DNA of 62,950 nt, the filler included, from Reticulomyxa filosa (taxonomy: Eukaryota; Protista; Foraminifera): the NCBI GenBank assembly GCA_000512085.1. It is 20 parts of 20 records of this genome, joined end to end, with 100 filler letters (N's around TTAATTAATTAA, not from the genome) between each part and the next. Parts side by side here need not be neighbours in the genome. Positions count along the whole stretch, not along the records: positions 38,656 to 52,335 come from ASPP01006738.1; positions 52,436 to 53,681 come from ASPP01044366.1; positions 53,782 to 60,182 come from ASPP01006252.1; positions 60,283 to 61,735 come from ASPP01019296.1; positions 61,836 to 62,950 come from ASPP01006762.1; 15 more parts are not named here. One strand, written 5' to 3'. Below the pieces are notes generated by a model. It worked only from the letters and a program-made list of their open reading frames with translations, was not told where the DNA came from and made no database searches. Each line of letters begins with the position of its first letter. The stretch's first letter is position 1. This document shows positions 49,981 to 62,950 of the stretch, one piece after another. Made by a program: the position numbers and the translations under genes.

Positions 49981-51417
49981 AAATTTTTTAGGTTTCTCTG
50001 AAACTTAAAAAAATTAAACGAGTAGAAGCAGAAATAAAGCATTAACAGCAACAAAGCCGATATTTGAAAACTTGTGTGCAAATTGACATACTCATCAATA
50101 AAATGCTCATTAATCTTGAACACAATATCTTCATAAAACTTTGTCACAACTTTCATTTTCTTATTTTATTCTTTTACCATTCTTTTTTAACTTTTGTTTT
50201 GTGTCAAGACAGAGTTATATACTTACTAGAAAAACAAACATAAACAATACAGTTGAGAATTTATCCAAAAAAATTGAATAGGAAATATGAACCCCGAAAT
50301 ACGAATCTGCATTTGTCTCATTATACAAAAGACGACAGAATTACTCTAAAAGCATACAAAAATCGTCAAGCTTACCTTTGATTTTATTTTGTTGCATCTC
50401 TTAAGTACTTGGAGTCAAAAGTGATCAATACTCAAATTTTCTTTGCTTCCTTGTGTCTTTTTTCACATGTATATCTGTTTTTAGCGTAAAATATTAGTTC
50501 TTTAAACGCAACAAGCTACGTTACATGGGCTGTGAAAAAAATTATTGCATGGTACACAGTTTTTGGAAACATGCTATGTCCAGACGATTTTATACGACCG
50601 TAATGAAATCAATGGCTATATCTAGTTACAAGAGTCTGTTTATTAAAGCTTGAATAAAATTATTCTTTTTGGTCCCTTTTTTTGAAATAAATATTTTAAA
50701 GCTTAATATATAATTTGAGCAGGCTGAAGGAGACTGTATGAATTCATTTTCTTATAATCACGGTAAAACGTGCAACAAGTTGGAAAATTTAATTATCCGA
50801 AGTAAGAACGAAACTGTAAGTAACGACATAGATAATTTAGCTGAATTACAGAAATATCTGAGGCACATATCCTAAAACATGATGCAAATATGGAAATGCG
50901 TGATAACTGCATTGACAACATTGATTGTTTTCAACGTTCGGACAAATGATAAGTTCTGGAAGCAATTTTTAAACATTGTTGACAGACTGATTAATAATTT
51001 TTGATAACAAAATATTCAACAACTAAATACACAAATAATCATTCAATATAACTTTGAGTTGATAGACAAACGATTTTAATTTAGATAAGAGTTAAAAAAT
51101 GCAAAATAATGTTATCAAATTATTGTACTTCCATCAGATTAGACTGTAACTAGGTACAATAGAATGCAAAGTAAAGTTGACACCTAAAATGACACCTTGT
51201 AGAGATGATTGATTTTCTACATGAAAAAACAACTTAATTTTTTTTAAAAATATCTACAAATCGTGTAATTTTTAAAATCATTTTGGTTTTTTATTACATC
51301 TTTCATAACTGTTTAAAAAAATTGAATATTTTATTTATTTTTGGAGAAAAAGTTGACAATCGTGCCTACGTCATAACCATGAAACTTGCCAACTTTTTTA
51401 AAGATTTACAATAATAT

Positions 51418-51570
51418 CACAACTTGGATAACAATGAAATTGGTCTGTAATTCTTGCAAATGGTGTGAATATAATCTGGTTTTGGCATTGTAACAATATT
51501 TGCACGTTTCCACAATAGTGGAATATATCAAATCTTGAAACCTAATTAAATAATACGATCAATGAATCAT
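51418..51570 (-). mobile_element. Non-LTR (LINE) retrotransposon reverse-transcriptase remnant
   Basis: Manual translation FKI*YIPLLWKRANIVTMPKPDYIHTICKNYRPISLLSKL* matches the P..WK.A.I..IPKP.....YRPISLL motif of non-LTR RTs. Confidence 0.82.
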
Positions 51571-53781
51571 TTGTGCTTTGGGATGAAATATATTTCACAT
51601 CGATTACTTTTTCTTTCGTGATGTCCATCTATGATATTTATTCATAATGAATAATCTTGTATTTATTCTTTCAATAATTCGATACTAATTCAATAATATC
51701 ATAAATATGCATTTTAATCCACAATTACAATAGACTAAGTGATATTTCTTGCTTATTTAATTTTATTTTTAAACTGTTTAATTTCATCTTTCTGATTTCT
51801 ATTTCTGTATTGTAATAAATAAAAAAAAATTAATATTTACCAACTTCATCATTAATATTAACTTTTCTTAAAAAGTAGTATTTTGAAAGAGATTGCAGTT
51901 GGAAGTGTCAAGATACTTCGACGTCTCTTAAGTTTTGAAGGAGATTTTAAAAGTCAAGTAAGGATTTCAAACGTCGTCTAGTAAAAGAAAATTCCGGACC
52001 AATAAAGAAACAAAGAAAATTCTAACTAGAAAATTTTTTTAACTGTAAAAAATTTTTTTATAGTAGTTGGATTTTGTGAGATTGTGGTTGGAGTGTGACT
52101 TTAAACTTTTTTGTTACCTTTTGGCAACGTTTTTTTGTTGCAGTTTACTTTTTGGAGTTTCGTCGTCGGTTCAGCATCTTTTGTGTGACTGTGAGAGGTG
52201 GAAGTGCTTTAAAACATATAGCGTATATTGACATCAGCTACTTTAAGTGTGAACTCCGAGGATTGGGTAATTTCTACTGGACATCGGGCAAAAAACCAGA
52301 TGGCATCATTGATACACATATAAGCAATGCATGTCNNNNNNNNNNNNNNNNNNNNNNNNNNNNNNNNNNNNNNNNNNNNTTAATTAATTAANNNNNNNNN
52401 NNNNNNNNNNNNNNNNNNNNNNNNNNNNNNNNNNNAAAAAGCAACAGAAGCACACAAGTTCAAAGCATTGCTATCCTAACAATGTTTTATCTATAATACT
52501 TGAATTATTACTCTTCAGTCAAATTAGTTAATGAAAAAGCGTTATTTTTATTACATGAATTACTTGAAGACAATCGTTTAAATCGTGTTTGTTCTGATTT
52601 ACGAGGTGAATTATGTATTGAATCCGAATCTGAGGAACAGCCTGATAATATCACAGCTCTTAAATGTTTCTCGTTTGTTTCAGCGACATCGATTATACCA
52701 TGTTTTACGCTTGAACTAGATATGCAAGTGCAGATAGACCTTTATAGGTACGCACTTGTTCCAAATGAAAGTTTTTATAAAATGAGAAAATTCTTCAGTA
52801 GCCAAAATCTGCTTTATTCTGAATTTTTGATTAATGAAAGAAAATATCACATACTTGTAAGAGAACAAATGTTTTATTAATTTATGACGCTATTTGTTTG
52901 CTCTAGATATCATCTATTTGGATCTTCACAACACTTAAAAATATAGACTGTTTTTGCATTGAATTATGTGAATCATTAATATGCTTTTTGCTATGAGACC
53001 AATGAGCATGTCCATAAAAAGGAGAACGCAAGTGCGAACCAAATTTTCGAAAGAAGGATACAAGTTTGCTGGTGTTATCATTTTCGATATGTTGTGTTGT
53101 ATTATAAAGTTGCTTTTTCATATTACACACAACATTCTCTTTCAATCAAAAGGATTTTTACATTCCTTTTTTTATAACATAAATCATTCATACATTGTTG
53201 TATTATTCAAAACAACAATTTCTTCAATAATTTTTTTTTAAATGGTCACAAAGGAATCAGCAGGTTATATGATTTCTATAAATTTTTTAAAATAATGTTA
53301 CAATGGCCACATTAGAGTATATTCGCATTCACCTTATTTGTAGACATATTTTAAAAAAAATTATCATCTAATCTCTTCTACAATTTGAGATAATTGCGTT
53401 TATTTACTGTTAAATTCCATTAACATTGGATTAGGAGCTTGAATCTTTATTCAAGATTGGCCATTTTAAGCGATCACATAAATGTTGCTTCAGTGAGCAA
53501 AAAGAACTGGAATTGATAGCTGATATCATTTTTTGACCTCCTGTGCAAACAGATGGATGACTGTTTGTAGTGAAGTTGATGTAGTAGTTCGCAAGTAATC
53601 ATTTGGTTCTAGCTAATGGTATCTATTTTTATTTTCTATTTCAAAGATGTAGGATGAGATTAAGCGAAGTTCCAAGTGAACNNNNNNNNNNNNNNNNNNN
53701 NNNNNNNNNNNNNNNNNNNNNNNNNTTAATTAATTAANNNNNNNNNNNNNNNNNNNNNNNNNNNNNNNNNNNNNNNNNNNN

Positions 53782-54415
53782 ACAGCAACAGCAACAACAA
53801 CAACAGCAAAAAGAAGACTTGACAGAATTGAACAAAGTGATCCACAATTACGAAATGGTCGAAAAAGATAGACAGTTTGGTGACATGCTCCGGGATGTCA
53901 ATGCAGTGAACATGGTACTGGAAGAAAACATTGTCGAACAAATGGGGGACGACCATGACGATAATCGTGGAACTAATGGTCGCGATAATGAGATGCTTCC
54001 ACACAACCAAAATCAAGATCGAGATCGAGATGCCATTGTCAGAAATAATAAAAGGGGAGAACATTCCATCGATTTGGGGAAGTTATCACAAGACAACATG
54101 TCCGAAGGGAAACTCATTCGGCTTTTGTCTGATGACATCCTTCCTCCATCGCAACCGCAATCATTGTCAATATCTCAAGTACATCTGCTACCTCCTCGAC
54201 AGGACGAAAAACAACCCGAAACTTCTGGAAATGATGAACGTGACCAACAGCGAGTCATTCAGCAAATCAACAAAATGGAAAGGGACGAAAAGGATAGTCA
54301 TTTTGGGGCTTTGCTTCAAGACTTTGCTGTCGCTCACGACCTCGTTGAAGAGGATGTCATTGACGAAATTGCGGAACAGGTCAATGGTGGTGAGGTCAAA
54401 CAAACTATTGCTTAA
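53782..54415 (+). CDS. Hypothetical protein C-terminus with a duplicated ~42-aa motif
   Basis: EKDRQFGDMLRDVNAVNMVLEENIVEQM versus EKDSHFGALLQDFAVAHDLVEEDVIDEI. Confidence 0.65.
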
Positions 54416-54966
54416 CATCCCCCCCTTTTTTTTTACTTTGAAAACAAGTACATACATATGTACGATTATACATATATATACATGTGTTCCTTATTATTAT
54501 CATTAATTCATTTTTTTTTTTTTTGTCGTGTATTTGTTTTGGCAGCTTCTAATTCTGTTCGAACATTTGCATAAGTGTTTCAATGCTGTTTGTAAAGCCA
54601 ACTTCTACAAGAGTATGGCCAGTAAATATTTTGTTCCCTTTTTTTTTCCTTTTTTTTATCATTTTCATCTTAATTGACATGTACTAACAAAATTATTGCG
54701 TCCCTTCTTATCATAAACCGAGCTACGTCATGTGTTTTATTTTAACTGCTTCTGAGAGACTATCTCCTGAAACGTATTGCTACAAGTTTTAAGGTCAAGC
54801 ATAGTCAATTTTCACTAAAAACAAAACAAAGTGACGGATTTTACTTTTTCTTCATTTAACCAATGTCTCACACAAAAAAAAGGAATGGTATATGGCGTGA
54901 CGTCCGAACGTTCTCACCACCAAAAAAAAAAAATATTTGTAAAATTGATCATATTATTAAAAGAAT

Positions 54967-57900
54967 ATGGGCTGTGGAAGCTCGAAATCAACTTCAACAG
55001 TGCCAATTTCCTCTGAAAACGTTGAAGATGATTTGCTTAGAACTGAACCAAGCAAAGTTGAAGTTGCACCCCCCTTGCAACCTGTGGACTCTAATCAGTC
55101 CAATTCTCAACGGAGTGCAATTATCCCCTTGCCAAATATTGTAGTTTCAAACGAGAAAACACAAAAAAACAAGCCAGAAGAAACACAACCAAGCAGTGCT
55201 CAATCAACATCTAATTATATTTATATTGTTTATGAATCGTAATTACAAACACAATTTTTATAAATATATCCTCAATTGTTTCAAAGAAGCACAATTGACA
55301 AAATATTCCCCTTTTTGGTGTGAATGATGACGGTGGGGGATTTGGACTTTGGACGACATAGATGAACTGGAAAAATATAATCAATTCATTCAACGACAAA
55401 AAAAAATCGAAATGGAGCTCTTAGAGACGTATAACAATTACAAGACAACTCAAAATGCATTATCACAATTTTGTGAGTCACAAAAACACAACGAAATGGC
55501 AGAAGTCAATTGCAACGGCCGAGTGATACAGCCATTTCTGTCAAGTACATTTCGAGACTTCTTTGCAGAAAGAGAGTCACTGACAAATAAGTGCTTTCCT
55601 TTGACTCAAAAGCTATGCAACAGCAAAGGTCTGTTCTTCGCACCAGTTGACCTACGATGGGGTGTGACAAGCGACCAGAGTGGGTCAGGACAAGTCATCA
55701 AAATTTGTCTGGACGAAATTGATCGGTGTAGACCCTGGTTCTTGGGTTTTTTAGGATTTCGCAATGGTTGGTCGTTGCTAAACAATGACGAACATTTTGT
55801 AGATCATTTATTAGAAGAAACATTTCATTTGGCAAGTAAAGATTTTCCATGGATTAATCAATATCGAGATAGATCCGTCACTGAGTTAGAAATTATTCAC
55901 GGTGCACTGGGCTACGACCAGCACTCAACCACTCGAAATAAGAAAAGCAAATGCGTTTTTTATTTTCGTGGTGTTAAAACTCTTGAAAAAATTGACAAAA
56001 ATGAATTGAAAACGTATATCGACCTCGGAAAAGCAGAGGCCAAATTGATCGCTTTGAAGAAAAAAATTGTCACTAGTGGCTACAAGTTTGGTGTGACTCC
56101 ATCTCTCAGCTCTTTTTTCTCCCTCCTTTTTATATACATATACACATTTAATTTTTTTTTGTGAGAATTTTATCGCTTTGTTTGGAGTGTGCATTCTGTG
56201 TAACTAAACAAAAGACCAAAAAAAAATTAAATGAATAAATAATAGAGTTCAATGGTTTTACGGTGTAGACGAATTGGTAGAAATGGTCGAAAAAGATTTG
56301 ATTGAAATGATTGAAAATGACTATCCACAAAAAGATACTGATCCATTGCAACATGAACTTTTGGCACATGAAGTTACCTTTGAAATAACATGAACAAGTT
56401 TTTTTTAAAAAAAGAGAAAAAAAGAGTGACATTGAATAACACAGGCGTTTCGGAGCGTGTGCAGCCGTATTTATGTTGATATTAACCAAAACATGAACAA
56501 AATTGAAGAGTTTATTCAATATGGTGGAAAACCTTTGATGGTGACAGGAGAGTCAGGGATTGGAAAAACAACACTACTAGCCAACTTTGATTATAAAATG
56601 CAAAAAACGGAAAAGTTATGGATCATCGCTCGATACATTGGAGTCACCCCGGTCACATTAAATATTACGTCATGTTTTAAAAGTATCTTATATGAAATCA
56701 AAAGAAAAGTGACCAATTTTCATTTACAAGTTTGTATGTTATGTTTACTTTATCTTTTTCGTAACAAACGATATTAATGATAATGATTAAGTGAACTCTT
56801 CTGTTAAAACTTTCTTGTCCCTTTCTTACAAGAACCAAAAAAAGGATTAAATTTTATGAAACAAAGGCTTATTTTCTTTTCCAAAAACAAGAGCTGAGAA
56901 TTTACAGTACAATTATTGATATTTATAGATTCCCAATGACAGTCAAGATGTGATTGATCATACAATGACATGGCTGACAGAAATATGTGAAATGTATTAC
57001 AGCGAAGGATTACTTGTATTATTATTGGATGGTGTTGACCAATGGAGTAAGAGTGATCAATTGACATTGGTCAATTTAATTCCAACCTCACTTCATCCTC
57101 GCATGCGGATAATATTATCGTGCAATGAAGACAACTCTCATATTGGAATTGCTAGGAAACACTCTGGCTTAAAAAAAAAATTTCAATGGTTGAATTTAGC
57201 TCCAATGAAACCACACGTGGTAATGGAACTAACTGTCAAATGCCTTGCACAGTATGGCAAAGTTTTTGATGAAAAGCAAGTAATTAACATTGACATATTG
57301 GATTTATACTTCATCATATTTTTTTTTTGGCAACCCCCCCAGACACAAGCCACAAATGATAACATATAGAAATCCATTGTCAGTGAATGTAAACTGACAT
57401 CACTGCCATTGTTCTTAATGACCTTTTTGGACGAAATAAAATCATTTGGATCCTTTGAAAAGTTAAACGACTACATGACATCCTGTTTGTCAGTACAAAG
57501 CACAACCGAGTTGTTCATCAAAATTTTCAAACGAATCAATGATCAATTTGTCCGCCAGTATCCACGATTAGTTCCAGCCACACTCGGTTTGCTGTATTGC
57601 TCCAGACAAGGGCTTCTGCCAAGTGAACTTCAAGTTGTGCAAACTGTACAATCGCACAAATCATTACCTTTTTGAACATTTTTGGTTTAAATTTATTTAA
57701 ATAGAAACAAAAAAAAAATTGAAGGGATGTTTAGAAGAAATATTACACCTTTCGGTGTTAGAGCGAACATTTCCGACTTTGGAGTTAACATCATTGCTAC
57801 ATCAGCTACAATTTTGTGTTCACCAAGTGTCGGGAATGCATCAATTGAACCACAAGTATGCAAAAGATGCCATTGGACTATTTATTTCTCAAGAAGATAT

Positions 57901-60182
57901 TGCAGTGACCATTGAATCTATTTTACTGTCTTTGTGTCACTATTTTTGCAAATTGGACAACAGCGTTAATTTTACAAGGAAACTAACAGAATTACCAGCA
58001 TGTTTGTATCAATTAATTGAAAAACTTGATCACAAGTTCAGTGTTCCATTCATTGTTTCCCCTTTTTTTTTTAACATGAAAGAAATGAATGATGCAACAT
58101 GACAATAATAACAAAATGGAACAAATAGAGAAGCAAAAGAGATGTTGCAAGATTTTTTAATAGACACCAATATCTTCCAATACTTAACCTCACCAGAGCA
58201 CATATTTGAGTTTCACTCGTACTGGCAAATCCTTGAAAAGCAAAATCAGCAACGTGCTGGTGAATGTTACGGTATGCTAAACTCTGAACCTTTACTAGCC
58301 TTTTCGAAATTGTTTTTGTGGCACTTTTTCAAAAACTGTCTTCTTACCTCTTCAAACAATACGTACGAACACCCCATCTACTTTTGGTTGCTTTGTTTGA
58401 AAAGCTGTGAAAATGAAAACTTTAACAAACTCTGGCTTGCAGCCACAGTTGTTGTTAAATTTCTTCCGTCACATTGGTCTGTTTCTGATCGATACTGGAA
58501 GATATTTTAATGCAGAATGGTTTTTACTTGTTATGTTTTTTTTTGTTTGCAATGCTTGCTAACGTGCATATGTTGGCATAAAGCATGTGAAAACTTTTCT
58601 TTCTTCCAATGCTGCAAATAGGAAGCTCTTCAATGTTGTGAAAAAATAAAACAAGTGGAGGCCACCAAAGAACTGGAGCTTGACACCGAGCAAATAATGT
58701 TTGAATTAGCCAAACTATACGATAAACAAGTTTGTAACGAAAGAAAGTTGGGAGGCCAACTTAAAAAAAATAAAGGGGGGGCTTTTACATGATTTCCATA
58801 CTCTTTCTTTTTTTATTTATTTTGGATTGGGGATTTTGTTACAGGGCAAATATCATGAGGCTATGGCGTATTACAAAGACTGTATCAGAAATCTTGAGTC
58901 GCATGACCTCCCCAGACCACACGAAGTGGAGTTGAAAATATTGGTGCGACAATCGGCATTGGCAGGCATCCTGAAGGAAATGGGTTGTTGGAAGGAGTCA
59001 CTAGCCCTTTACAAAAAGTGCATAGAAGACAAGAGTGTGTTATTGGGGAAGAATAGTCCCTTATTGGGTATCGATATGAATAATATTGCGGCATTGTATC
59101 TTACCTGGGAAGAGCAAAAGCAATCTGACAATAATAATAATAATAACAATAGCAACTATAAAAACACTACCAATAGCCAAGAAGAGCATCCAGACTCCTC
59201 CTTTTTGAACGAGGCTAAGCTCTACGTAGAAACTGCAAAAGATATTTTCGAAAGACATTTCGGAAAGGACTCATTGCAAGTGGCTACATGTTTTTCATTA
59301 CTTGGCTCCATCTTTGCCCAGCAATCCAATCATCACAAAGCCATCACTCTGTTTCTCCAATCTCTTCAAATCAAAGAGGCCGTTCTCGGAAAGGACCACG
59401 TGGACTTGGCCACTTTATATAACAACCTGGCCGTCAGTTACCAACGCTGCAATGACGTTACCAAATCCCAACAATGTCTTGAAAAGACCTATCAATTGTT
59501 GCAAAATCATGCCGGTTTGCATTTTTTTTAAAAGGGTGGGAAAAAAAATAAAAAATGTTCAGAAAACTACGTACCATTGATTTTTTTTTTTTTTGTGTGC
59601 TACAAAACGTATACGTATCTGTATTTGTATACGTATACTCATGCGTATACGTACATATATGAAAGGCAGCAAGAGCTTACAAATGATATCAGTGTATTGC
59701 AACCTCGGCATAGCGAATGAACGTCAAGAAAATTCTGTGAAAGCTTTGGAGTGCTACATGGAAACGTACAAAATGTTGAGTGAGATATGCCATAGCGAGA
59801 AAGATATTGGAATGGCGATGAGACAGCGAGAGCAAAGCTATTTTGTTCAGTCAATGATAGGCCTGGCGACCATCTACTTAAGCCATTTGGAAGACTTGGA
59901 TCAATCGAAGAAGTATTGGAACGAGGCACTCCAAATTTGCGACTGCAATCCTTTGCTGAAACACAACAAGCCTCTAATTTATCGTGGTTTGGCCCATGTC
60001 TCCGCGTCGGAGTCCAATTACGAATTGGCCTTGCACTATTTGAATCAAGAGCTCCAACTCAGGGAGCAAGTCAATGACTCACAAAGTTTGGAGTATGCAC
60101 GTGTATGTCATGATAAAGGTAACTCTTTTTTTTTTTTTTTTTTTTTTTTTTTGGGTTTAAAAAAAAAAAAAAAAAAAAAAAA
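54967..60182 (+). CDS. Myristoylated DUF4062-NACHT/AAA-TPR protein (nephrocystin-3/TEP1/NWD-like), multi-exon, 3' truncated
   Basis: MGCGSSKS N-terminus; FLSSTFRDFFAER...VDLRWGV...CLDEIDRCRPWFLG...SVTELEI; Walker A GESGIGKTT; Walker B LLLDGVDQ; PLFL..FLDE; TPRs such as LGKDHVDLATLYNNLA. Confidence 0.85.
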
Positions 60183-60349
60183 NNNNNNNNNNNNNNNNNN
60201 NNNNNNNNNNNNNNNNNNNNNNNNNNTTAATTAATTAANNNNNNNNNNNNNNNNNNNNNNNNNNNNNNNNNNNNNNNNNNNNATGATCACAATGTGATTT
60301 ATGTGTTAATGATAGATAGTTACTACCATGATGGCGATAAAAAAAAGAA

Positions 60350-61735
60350 ATGAGCCAATCAGACACAGCGTCTGGACAAGACCAAGAACAAAAGTATGGA
60401 ATCAAAAAGAAGGAAGGGAAAGAGACCAAGAACAGCGAAAAGACCTCGTTGCTTCAAGTGGTATGTGACTTTTTGGAATGCATTACCGTCTCAGGTCGAA
60501 GCGTCCCTAAATATACGACCACTTTGCACATTGTCGGAACGCGTCGAAACAAACAAAAAGCTGAGTCGAAGTGTCGTCTTCACTGGAGTCGTCTTTCAAA
60601 CACATGAACAGAAACGACTAAGCCAAATTCACTGTCCAAAGCAAAGACTCTAAATCTTTGCAACTCAACGATATCATGGACTCATTGCTCCATCTTTTCG
60701 ACATGTCACCGACCCAGTCATGAAGAAGCCTTTGTCGCATACTGGGTAAGCCTCTTTTTTTTTTTTTTGAACCTTTTTAAAAAGTTCATATGTTTAAACC
60801 TCTAATCTTTTTCCAACTTTTAAAAAATATATAATATAAATATGTTCGGTTAAGTCAGCAGTTTATATTACAAAAAAAAGATATATGCATCATTGGTGTC
60901 GTAAACGAGCCCATTTATGAAACGTTGCCATCAAAAACACTGGAAAGTGGAGGGTCTCATGTCGCGCTGTTTACGTTGAATGAATATTACGTGGATTTGA
61001 CGGCTGCCGTTGCTACTACAACTAGAAAAGTCGCTCGGATGGTTACACACGTTGTTTCATGAAATTGGACATTGCTTTGGGATGGATCATTGTCCTTTTT
61101 ATAGCTATATCACAGTCACAGTTGCAAGGACAAAAAATGACAAGGATGCCATCAACTGTGGTAACTACAACTCCCGTAAACAGCAACGGTCAATGCGAAG
61201 AAAAAAACTGTCAATAACAAAGGCGAAACGGCAGTATGAGAAAAGTGGGCAAAGTGCAAGGTTTCGACGACGACCCAGCTGTGGAAACACCAGACGCGAT
61301 TTATCGACTTGAACAAAAGTGGCAAAGACATAACCGCGAAAGCAGGAGTGATTCAACGCACGGATTGGTTCAAGTTGTATCTACTCAAAAGTGAGGTCGA
61401 GCCTTGGGTAATGAAGCTCGTTGTGGCATTGAAATCACAGAATTGGAAAGGCTTATCAAAGACTGTGGTTATCACAACCGATATTACCATGTCTATGTTC
61501 GCTTTTCTCAATACTTACGCAAACAATTTCCAAAACAGCGTTTGTATATCACTCCCAAAGAAGATGAGTCTACCAATCAAGTCAATTACTTTGTCTCCTT
61601 GTTCCCTCCCAAATACGAAACCACAGTGCAACTGGAAAAGGCCAATTGCGTTCCGAGAAAGTCCCCGGAACAGGTTCGTCGGCAGTTACTGGGATGATGC
61701 ACAGATTGCAAAGCAACGACCTGTCTGGGTAGACA
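60350..61735 (+). pseudogene. Archaemetzincin (peptidase M54)-like gene, apparently disrupted
   Basis: Metzincin motif HEIGHCFGMDHC near 61058-61093 with following Cys; surrounding frames are broken. Confidence 0.55.
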
Positions 61736-61835
61736 NNNNNNNNNNNNNNNNNNNNNNNNNNNNNNNNNNNNNNNNNNNNTTAATTAATTAANNNNNNNNN
61801 NNNNNNNNNNNNNNNNNNNNNNNNNNNNNNNNNNN

Positions 61836-62162
61836 CGCGGCCGCATCGACGGCGGGGAAGTGGAACGCCGCCGGCGATCGGGAGGCGTAGACCGGGTAGC
61901 CCAGCCGCTGCAATTGCACGTACAGGTCGCGGTGATTGTGCACCACGTCGTCCAGCCGCTCGGCCAGCGTGGCGATATCGGGCGAAGTGCTCATCACCTC
62001 CCGGATCAGTCCGAGCTTGTCGCGCAGGTCGTCGGCATCCTGTTCGGCAAAGTGCCGGTCCATCATCACGCCGACCAGCACGCCCAGCCCGGCCAGCAGC
62101 AGCACGGAAACCAGCGCGTAGAGCAGGGTCAGTCGTGCCGTCAGGGAAAGGCGCTGCCTCAT
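61836..62162 (-). CDS. Heavy-metal sensor histidine kinase (CusS/CopS/IrlS family), N-terminal fragment
   Basis: [23 protein letters not shown]...L..K; ATGA overlap with the regulator stop. Confidence 0.88.
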
Positions 62163-62845
62163 GCGTCCGGCTCCGGCACTTCCAGCACGTAGCCCATGCC
62201 GCGCACGGTGTGGATGAGCTTGGGTTCGAAGTCGTCGTCGACCTTGGCGCGCAGGCGGCGCATGGCCACGTCGATTACATTGGTGTCGCTATCGAAGTTC
62301 ATGTCCCATACCTGCGAGGCAATCAGCGAACGCGGCAGCACCTCGCCCTGGCGGCGCATCAGCAGCTCCAGCAGACCAAATTCCTTGGCGGTCAGTGTGA
62401 TACGTCTTCCATCACGACTAACACGGCGGCGTAACAGATCCAACTCTAAGTCGGCGACCTGCAAGGTTGTAACCTCCGCCGTTCCTCGTCCGCGGCGCAA
62501 GATAATACGTACCCGAGCCAACAGCTCGGCAAAGGAGAACGGTTTGACCAGGTAGTCATCTGCTCCCAGCTCCAGTCCCTTCACCCTATCTTCAACTTGA
62601 TCGCGCGCAGTTAGGAATAGCACCGGCATGGTTTTCTGCTGCCGGCGCAGTTGGGTAAGAACCTGCCAGCCATCCATGCTGGGTAGCATCACGTCCAAGA
62701 TCAATAGGTCATGGTTGCCTTCCATCGCGAGGTGCAGTCCATCCAGCCCATCGTGGGCCAAGTCCGCGGTAAAGCCCGCCTCACTCAATCCAAGACGCAG
62801 GTATTCACCTGTCTTAACTTCATCTTCAACGATCAAAATTTTCAT
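62159..62845 (-). CDS. Heavy-metal response regulator (CusR/CopR/IrlR, OmpR family)
   Basis: [67 protein letters not shown] and [10 protein letters not shown]. Likely start at 62845, after GAAGGAG. Confidence 0.95.
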   Translation of the reverse strand: MKILIVEDEVKTGEYLRLGLSEAGFTADLAHDGLDGLHLAMEGNHDLLILDVMLPSMDGWQVLTQLRRQQKTMPVLFLTARDQVEDRVKGLELGADDYLVKPFSFAELLARVRIILRRGRGTAEVTTLQVADLELDLLRRRVSRDGRRITLTAKEFGLLELLMRRQGEVLPRSLIASQVWDMNFDSDTNVIDVAMRRLRAKVDDDFEPKLIHTVRGMGYVLEVPEPDA

Positions 62846-62900
62846 GACGCACACTCCTTCTGCACCCTTGTAGTTTGCCATCGCCAGCCTCGTTATGCGG

Positions 62901-62922
62901 CAGATGACAGATTTGTAATCTG
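62901..62922. promoter_or_regulatory. cop/cus box (CusR/CopR operator)
   Basis: Imperfect palindrome CAGATGACAGATTTGTAATCTG about 55 bp upstream of the regulator; matches the TGACA-N4-TGTAA/TGTCA pattern. Confidence 0.78.
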
Positions 62923-62950
62923 CACGTCAGCTTTCTGTTTGCTTTGTTCA

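Noticed and set aside
52436-53681. ORF 52500-52880 and possible HEAT-repeat remnants
   Set aside because: No recognisable motif; likely decayed sequence.
1276-61835. Recurrent TTAATTAATTAA in N-runs as a biological repeat or CRISPR-like array
   Set aside because: It is an identical synthetic six-frame-stop linker that joins contigs.
62846-62881. 12-aa N-terminal extension of the response regulator
   Set aside because: The family begins at MKILIVEDE, and an SD precedes ATG 62845.

Overview
This window is not one locus. It is 20 unrelated contigs joined by 19 identical 100-bp artificial linkers (N44-TTAATTAATTAA-N44), so adjacency across a linker means nothing. Eighteen contigs are AT-rich, intron-containing eukaryotic DNA. 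Their protein repertoire and intron style resemble, from my recollection, the foraminiferan Reticulomyxa filosa (inference, not searched). Recognisable genes: PX-BAR sorting nexin, myotubularin, 7TM receptor-like protein, DDX41, GALK2-type kinase, stomatin, EMAPII-like tRNA-binding domain, desaturase-like protein, Gemin5-like, PKA-like kinase, HSPA12-like, RecQ5-like, WDR59-like and BAP31-like, plus decayed pseudogenes and a LINE RT remnant. Two contigs (32200-33821, 61836-62950) are GC-rich bacterial DNA. Many single-base frameshifts fall in homopolymers and are probably sequencing errors. Best leads: (1) an intron-containing OAS/CD-NTase-like nucleotidyltransferase (22052-22984) with an intact catalytic triad, alongside NLR-like genes (16-repeat WD40 sensor; myristoylated DUF4062-NACHT-TPR), suggesting a protist innate-immune toolkit; (2) a bacterial Panacea/SocA antitoxin abutting an unnamed 2-TM putative toxin, followed by a hidden frameshifted ORF.
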